From assembly GCA_012862495.1 (NCBI GenBank), contig BLSG01000322.1:29812-93811 (forward strand): DNA of 64,000 nucleotides. The letters are read 5' to 3'. A program made the position numbers and the translations under genes. The stretch is from Thraustochytrium aureum. Taxonomy: Eukaryota. The notes under the pieces were generated by a model. It was given only the letters and a program-made list of their open reading frames with translations. It ran no database searches and was not told where the DNA came from. Below are positions 57,901 through 64,000 of the stretch, piece after piece. Numbering within the stretch: the first letter of the stretch is position 1; every line of letters begins with the position of its first letter.

Positions 57901-58354
57901 CGTCCGCTGTGGCCGCCGGCGACGTCGCGCAAGAGGTCATTGTAGCTGACGGTTCGCCCGTCCCCGTACGTTTGTAGCGCCTGCCGCAGCTCTCCGGGCT
58001 CAAAGTTGATTTGGAAACCGTTGAGCACGCGCCCAAAGTCCCGCGCGCTTACCTTGCCGTTCGCGGTGCTGTCGTACAGCTCGAACGCGCGCGATACTTG
58101 TCAATGTCGCGTGGCGACGCGCCCTTGGACCGCAGCTCTTGCACCAGCGGCAGCTCTTGTCCGCCTGCAGCCCTGCTGCCGCGCGGTGAGCGCGGCGATA
58201 GCGACATTTCGGACTCTGAATCTGCTCGCTGCGCGCTGGCGCCGCGCGCGGAAGGCCTTCTGGCCGCAGGCGAGGCGCTCGCTCTGGAAGCGGGTCTGCC
58301 CGATGCTGGCGCTGCGCGTACTTTGTGAGGCAGGACCCCCTGCTCGAAGTCGCC
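51904..58354 (-). CDS. Giant protein with 10 or more Tudor/Agenet-like repeats and many EF-hands (5' partial, gaps, frameshifts)
   Basis: Eight complete and at least two partial copies of G.RVEA.[FY]KGG..[FY][FY].G.I.R...DG[ST].DI.YDDGD.E..V. EF-hand loops include DINNDGYVSRAE, DKDRDGKVSYRE, DADKDGKIDHGE, DRNRDGKISLKE and DIDRDGKISLVE. ORFs are collinear on the minus strand. Confidence 0.85.
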
Positions 58355-60594
58355 NNNNNNNNNNNNNNNNNNNNNNNNNNNNNNNNNNNNNNNNNNNNNN
58401 NNNNNNNNNNNNNNNNNNNNNNNNNNNNNNNNNNNNNNNNNNNNNNNNNNNNNNNNNNNNNNNNNNNNNNNNNNNNNNNNNNNNNNNNNNNNNNNNNNNN
58501 NNNNNNNNNNNNNNNNNNNNNNNNNNNNNNNNNNNNNNNNNNNNNNNNNNNNNNNNNNNNNNNNNNNNNNNNNNNNNNNNNNNNNNNNNNNNNNNNNNNN
58601 NNNNNNNNNNNNNNNNNNNNNNNNNNNNNNNNNNNNNNNNNNNNNNNNNNNNNNNNNNNNNNNNNNNNNNNNNNNNNNNNNNNNNNNNNNNNNNNNNNNN
58701 NNNNNNNNNNNNNNNNNNNNNNNNNNNNNNNNNNNNNNNNNNNNNNNNNNNNNNNNNNNNNNNNNNNNNNNNNNNNNNNNNNNNNNNNNNNNNNNNNNNN
58801 NNNNNNNNNNNNNNNNNNNNNNNNNNNNNNNNNNNNNNNNNNNNNNNNNNNNNNNNNNNNNNNNNNNNNNNNNNNNNNNNNNNNNNNNNNNNNNNNNNNN
58901 NNNNNNNNNNNNNNNNNNNNNNNNNNNNNNNNNNNNNNNNNNNNNNTGGAACGGAGTGCTCGGGCCTCTACTAGTAGTAGCTAGCTAGAGAGCTACTAGC
59001 TAGAGTAGTAGTAGCGTGCCTCGGCGGTTTTTCTTGTGTTTCCAAACGGGAACCAGCGCCGTCGGTCGATAAAAATGGGTATTTTGCGCGGTGTCTTTTG
59101 GCAGACCGTTCCATTGCGTGCTTGGGCCAGAGAGAACATGGTTCTTGAGGGGCTTCTCTTCTCAAAGCAGCGAACAACTTGAAGAACAGCATTTCCAGGG
59201 TTCTTCGTCGGCCGTGCTGATGGTGGTCGCCGCTGCCCATCAAGCAACCGCGAGCTGGCGAGCGGGAAAGCGCGAGGAACCGCTTGCGCAGGCGGGCAGA
59301 GATGTCGGTCAAAGTGCGAGTGCCAGTGTCCGCCAGCGAAACGAGCTCTCCGTCGCGCATGCGTGCCATTTCCTTTCTTCCTCGCCCTTTCGTTTCTACC
59401 CGCAAGAGCTCGCCATTCCGGCCGACTTTGGCCGCCTGCAGGCGGTAGCCCCGCCCAAACCGCCGACCGGCCAGCCCTCGCAGGCCCAGCAAACAGCCAG
59501 CTGCCCAGCGCTCCAGCTCGCCGCTCCCGACCAGGGCTGCGCAGCCAGTCCGCACATCCAGTCCGCACGGCAAACGCGAGACGGGCCCGCTCGCCCCCAG
59601 CCGGCGTTCTCTTGCTCGAGCTGCCCGCCTGCGCAGGCATTGCCGCCGCCCCGAGTGTGTTCCGCCTGGCGGCGGTCAGTTCGCGCCCCGTCCGCGTGGC
59701 CTCCGAGGCGCAGCAAGCCCGCCCCATGCGGCGTGCACTGCGCACAACACTGAGCAATCGCATCCTGAGCAGCCACACGCATGAAGAACCACGACCCCGC
59801 AACCACCATCAATTCAAATAGTTTCGGCGAAAACTCAGCGCAGATCCCACCCCAAAAACACCCCTATAAACTACCCACGGTGAAACTACACGCAGAGGCA
59901 AACGAAGAATATAATGCCACAGTGCCCCACAGCGGTAGCCCCCCGATGCCGAAGCGCCGGGCTCTGAGGGGCGCCGCTCGTGAGGGGGAACCGAAACGGA
60001 ACCGCAATTTTCGCCCACTGTGTAGAGAGGGAACCCGCTGGTTCGACGGCGTGCAGGAGCACAGCCCGAGGAGAGGCAGACCCCTAACGAGCCCGAGCGC
60101 GCAGCAGAGCTGAGCTGAGCGGAGCTGAGCGGAGCGGAGTGGAGCAGGACAGGGGCGCGCGCGCGAACGTGCTGGAGTGCGCGCGAGGTGTGCTGTGCGC
60201 GCGGCGACGCGAGGAGGTTTGGTCGGAACGCGATCGGCAGACCACTCGGCAGCTCGCTCGCTCGATGCGCAACAGCTGATTGGGGATCGATCCTACAGCG
60301 ACGTCGGTGAGGCCGTGGCGGCTTGGACGCGCAAGGGCCGAACTGGAGAATCGAGGCGGCGCGGGACGCGGGGAGGGACGCTGTGGCTGGCGGCGGAGGG
60401 CTGCTGGAGAGGGGAGGCGCGGCGGAGTTGGTGCTGCACGCCGTGGAACCAACGGGCTGTGCAGGCTTGCTCTGCGTGGTTTGCTTGGTGTCGCCGTGCG
60501 GCTGAAGTAGAAGCCGCTGGAGCAGCGACACGGCTACTTGGCTCGGCCTGAGATGATGGTAGAGTCGCCCGCTTTGCGCAGGCGCTCGCCGGCG

Positions 60595-63118
60595 ATGGCA
60601 GGAAGCGATGTGAGTTTTTGCTGGCGCCTGCTCGCGGGAAAGAAGAAAAAAAACGACTGCCGGTTTGCTGACACGTCGTGACGCCGCCCATCCGCGCTCC
60701 CCTGCACGCCCCGCAGATGAACTCCCCTGTGAGGTTCCTGGGGGGGCTGGACGATTTGGACCAAGAACTTCAACACGGCGAACGGAAGCCGAGCCGCAAC
60801 GGTTGCGGCAACAGCTCCAACCTCTACGAATCGCGCAAAATGCTCTTCGACACGCCAGACAGCCAAGCCGATCGCCAGCGCCGCACCGGGGCTCGTGGCA
60901 GGTCCATGGCGGATGATGAAGATGACGAGCTTCTCCCCGAGCACGATGGCAGCTTGGTCCACAACAGCGAAAATAGCAAGGACGGCAACCGCAGGCCCGA
61001 GTGCGACTCTGGCCGATTCGAGTTTTGCTCCAACACAAACCCTTTCTGCAGCTTGAACGAGTCGAGCATGGCCAGCAGCGCCCCGAGCGCTTGGACAGCA
61101 CGGTCTTCGCGCGGCTCGCGCTCACCTGACGCGTCGCTTTTGTTCGCGAGCCCGAGTGTGTGGGCCGAGCGGAGCCACACCTACTCGCGTGTCGACTCGG
61201 ACGGGTCCCTTGGCCTCCTCAACCAAGACTCGCCGCAGCGCTCGCAAGCGAAGAGCAAGCCGGGTCCCGGCACGCGCACAACGCGGAAGCACCCGCGAAG
61301 CTCGTTCCAGAGCCAGCCTGGCGAGAGCCCGGGTGATGGATGCTACTCCCCCGGAGGGCTGTGCAAGAGGCTCAAGCGCACCTGCAGTTTAGGCAGCGAT
61401 TCTGAGCCAGAGAACCAGCTTGCCGAGAGCTCAATGGGTACTCCTGGCCAAGGTGCGCTGCAATTTCCGAGATTTGAAAGTGACGAGCTTCTCCTTGACG
61501 ACGATGATGACGGAGACGAAGGCCGCGAAAAGGGGGGCAATCATGCCCTCGCTCGCCTCCAGCAACGACGCGATCGGAGCGCGCTCCAGCCCCCCTCGCC
61601 GTCTCCGGTCGTGCAGCGACCAGCGGCTACTCGCACTCCTCAGTTGGTGCTTCCGAGCCCGCCACAAAAGTCGCGCGTGAGGAGCTGCACGAATGGCGGC
61701 GCGCGGTCGCGTGGGATTGGGCTTCGGCTTGAGCAACAGGTTCGAGCGCGGGTTTCTCGCTTCAAGGAAGAGTTTGAGGAGCAGGGCGTGCTCGGCGCGG
61801 GCTCCTTCGGCACCGTGTACAAGTGCAAAAACCGGCTGGACGGGTGTCTGTACGCAGTCAAGGTGACCAAGCAGCAGTTCAAGGGAAAGGCGGATCGGGA
61901 GCGAGTCTTGAAGGAGGTCTACGCGCTGTCTGCGTTGTGCAATGCCGAAGACAACCCCCACATCGTGCGCTACTTTAGCGCTTTTGTCGAAGAAGGCAGG
62001 CTCTACATCCAGACAGAGCTGTGCGACAAGAGCCTGCAGGATATGATTCGCGCACGTCAATACCCTGGCGGGCTCGAGCTCGTCGCCAGGGACATGGCCC
62101 GCCAGGTGCTCGAGGGCCTTGCGCGCCTTCACAGGCACAACCTGGTGCACCTCGATATCAAGCCTGCCAACGTTTTCGTAAAGAACGGCACGTTCAAGAT
62201 TGGCGACCTCGGCCATGCCTGCCTTGCCCGCATGCAAGGACAGCTGGGGGACAGAGTCGAGGCCGTGTCGCCTGAGCGGCAGTTTCCGAAGAAGTTGGTT
62301 TCTGCGTCTTCGTGCAAAGGTGCCGCTGGTGGAGCCGGCCTTCTTGACGTTTCTGCAGTCAGCCCGGTTCGCCATGCAGTCCCCCCTGCTTTGCCTCGGC
62401 CAAGGAGGAGCTCCCAACGCCCCCGCCGATGGGCTTCCCGCAAGGGCTGTCGCCTATGGGAAGCCCCCGGTTCTGGGGCGCATCCTAGAGAGGGATAATG
62501 TTTTCGATACCAGCCTGGGAGGGCTGACCCCGGTCAAACCTGAGCGGTCACCGGCACCGCGCGTACGCGCGTCTTTCGGCGTCGGCGACCTGGAGGAGGA
62601 GCTGGCGTTCCTAGAGGGCCAATCGCGACTCCGGCAGACTACTTCAGCTGCCGCAGTCGGCGATGTCGAGGAGGGCGATTCGAGGTACATGGCACCGGAG
62701 ATCTTGGGTGAGGAGTACGAGTGGCTCCCCAAAGGCGACATTTTTCGCTTGGGGCGTCGATGTATGAGATGTGCCTGGGGCGCGAGCTCCCGGCCAACGG
62801 TCCGGAGTGGCACGAGATTCGCGACGGCAAACTCGACTCCGAGGCGCTGGCACGCTACTCGCCCGCGCTGCGCGAACTCGTTCGTTGATGCTGACGCGAG
62901 ACCCTGAGCGCCGCCCGAGCGCAGAGACCTTGCTGGCCACTGGCGGGCCCGGAGGCGTGCTTCGCACAGAGTGGGAAACCAAGCTTGCGCGCGAAAAGGC
63001 GGCGGCAGATGAGTATCGCCGCCGGCTCGCGCGCATGAACCCCACTGGGCCAAGCCGCCTCCGAGACGATTTCGAGCTGGACGACCGCTTTCAAATCCGC
63101 CGCAGCAACACGATGTGA
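60595..63118 (+). CDS. WEE1: Wee1-family protein kinase (2 exons, frameshifted)
   Basis: Micro-exon MAGSD (60595-60609), intron 60610-60716 (GTGAGT..GCTGAC..CAG), SP/TP-rich N-terminus. Kinase motifs SRFKEEF, GAGSFGTV, YAVK, KEVYAL, HIVRYF, HLDIKPAN, KIGDLG, EEGDSRYMAPE, KGDIF and DPERRPSA. Confidence 0.9.
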
Positions 63119-63488
63119 AAATGGGCAAGCGTTTGATCTTTTGCTCTCGAGCCTGTCCTTGCTGTTTTCGCGGGATTAGCACGCGAGCGCTCGCACGCGG
63201 TCCTGCGGCGCGCCAAGGCAAAGGCTGTCCCATTGTCACAGGTGCTTGCTCGGCAGCAGATACGTCCCAAGGAGGAGGAGGAGTAGCGCGTTTTCTTTTG
63301 TGTTGTTGGTTATTCATGTACGGTGTTCTAGCTTGCTTCTGCGGCGATTCTGGGCAACCCTTTGCTTGAATTTGCGCGCATGGTTTTCACTGGCTGACAG
63401 TGAACAAACGTTTTCATGTCAGAACTAACGTTTCATTTCCGTTTCGCTGGCAAGGCGGACTTGCAGCGAGCCTTGCTCGGCTGGCTCT

Positions 63489-64000
63489 TCACAACTTTGG
63501 CGAGGAGCCGCTTCGAGTGCTCGACTCTTCATTCTCAGACTTTGCGTGCTTGGCTCCCTGTGCTCGCAGTTCTTCCTTGGAAAGGAACCGCCCGCCGGCC
63601 CCGCGCTGCCGTTTCACAGCATGTTTGTGCCGCGACTCGTGTAGGAAGGGCTTATTTTCGGCTTAACCATCTGCAGGAGCCGAGCGCGGACAAGTCGGCG
63701 CTTCTTGATTCGTTCGTACTGTTTGGGGTTGACGCGGACAACTTGCTCAGGCATCTGAGACGCAGCGCGTCGTGGCGTATCGATTTCGCCAGCTGTTGGC
63801 GTATCTGAGCCAGCATTGGCCTCGTTGGACTTGAGCGAGGCCAGGTGCCGCTGCTACTCGTTCCGTGCGGTGGCGTCAGCACGGTATCGTCCACGCCAGC
63901 GAGTCAAAGCTGCTCTGCACGCGGTCGATCACTTACCAGAAGCGCCATGCACAACACGACGACGTCCTTCGGCGCATTCTGCGTCACTTCCCGTCCAGCG
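63489..64000 (-). CDS. NFYA: NF-YA / HAP2 CCAAT-binding factor subunit, 3' part
   Basis: Manual translation gives VRVNPKQYERIKKRRLVRARL, then after a 1-nt shift in an A run near 63657, KPFLHESRHKHAVKRQRGAGGRFL; stop at 63489-63491. Intron 63854 (or 63851)-63936 with GTAAGT, GCTGAC and TAGCAG. Confidence 0.92.

Noticed and set aside
5072..58984. ORFs spanning N runs (poly-X translations)
   Set aside because: Artefacts of reading through assembly gaps.
58968..59015. TAG/CTAG-rich run as telomeric or regulatory repeat
   Set aside because: Irregular, adjacent to a gap, and resembles low-quality read-end noise.
58971..59573. 200-aa minus-strand ORF
   Set aside because: No motif or codon evidence I can defend; may be UTR or intergenic.
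2366..63660. Frequent frameshifts as programmed frameshifting, RNA editing or mass pseudogenisation
   Set aside because: They hit essential genes (MRD1, WEE1, NF-YA), several sit in homopolymer runs (3745-3750, ~19753, ~24906, ~63657), and the assembly is gappy; sequencing indel error is the simpler explanation.

Overview
GC-rich, gene-dense and intron-poor eukaryotic draft scaffold with many N gaps. Gene content and style suggest a stramenopile protist, possibly a thraustochytrid/labyrinthulomycete; this is inference, not proven. Many genes are broken by single-base frameshifts, several in homopolymer runs, which look like sequencing errors. About 20 protein-coding genes can be supported: an ankyrin-TRP channel, a catalytically dead membrane-anchored trypsin homolog, an ABCG half-transporter with a degenerate NBD, two paralogous membrane-associated P-loop GTPases, an aldo-keto reductase, an RmlD-like SDR, a putative transcription factor, a sulfotransferase-like protein, a Spec3/Stum-like small membrane protein, two paralogous ~70-aa ORFs, a CBS-less CLC, a TSP1/EGF-TM-PH receptor, a CUE protein, NSDHL/ERG26, WDR77-like, MRD1/RBM19, a giant Tudor-repeat/EF-hand protein, WEE1 and NF-YA (the last is absent from the ORF track). 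Five short GT-AG introns with CTGAC branch points are identifiable. The most unusual signal is a non-coding array at 49426-49690 of five to six units built as GAGGATCTNTC-N11-GACTC plus a variable tail. No rRNA, tRNA, CRISPR-cas or intact transposase was recognised.
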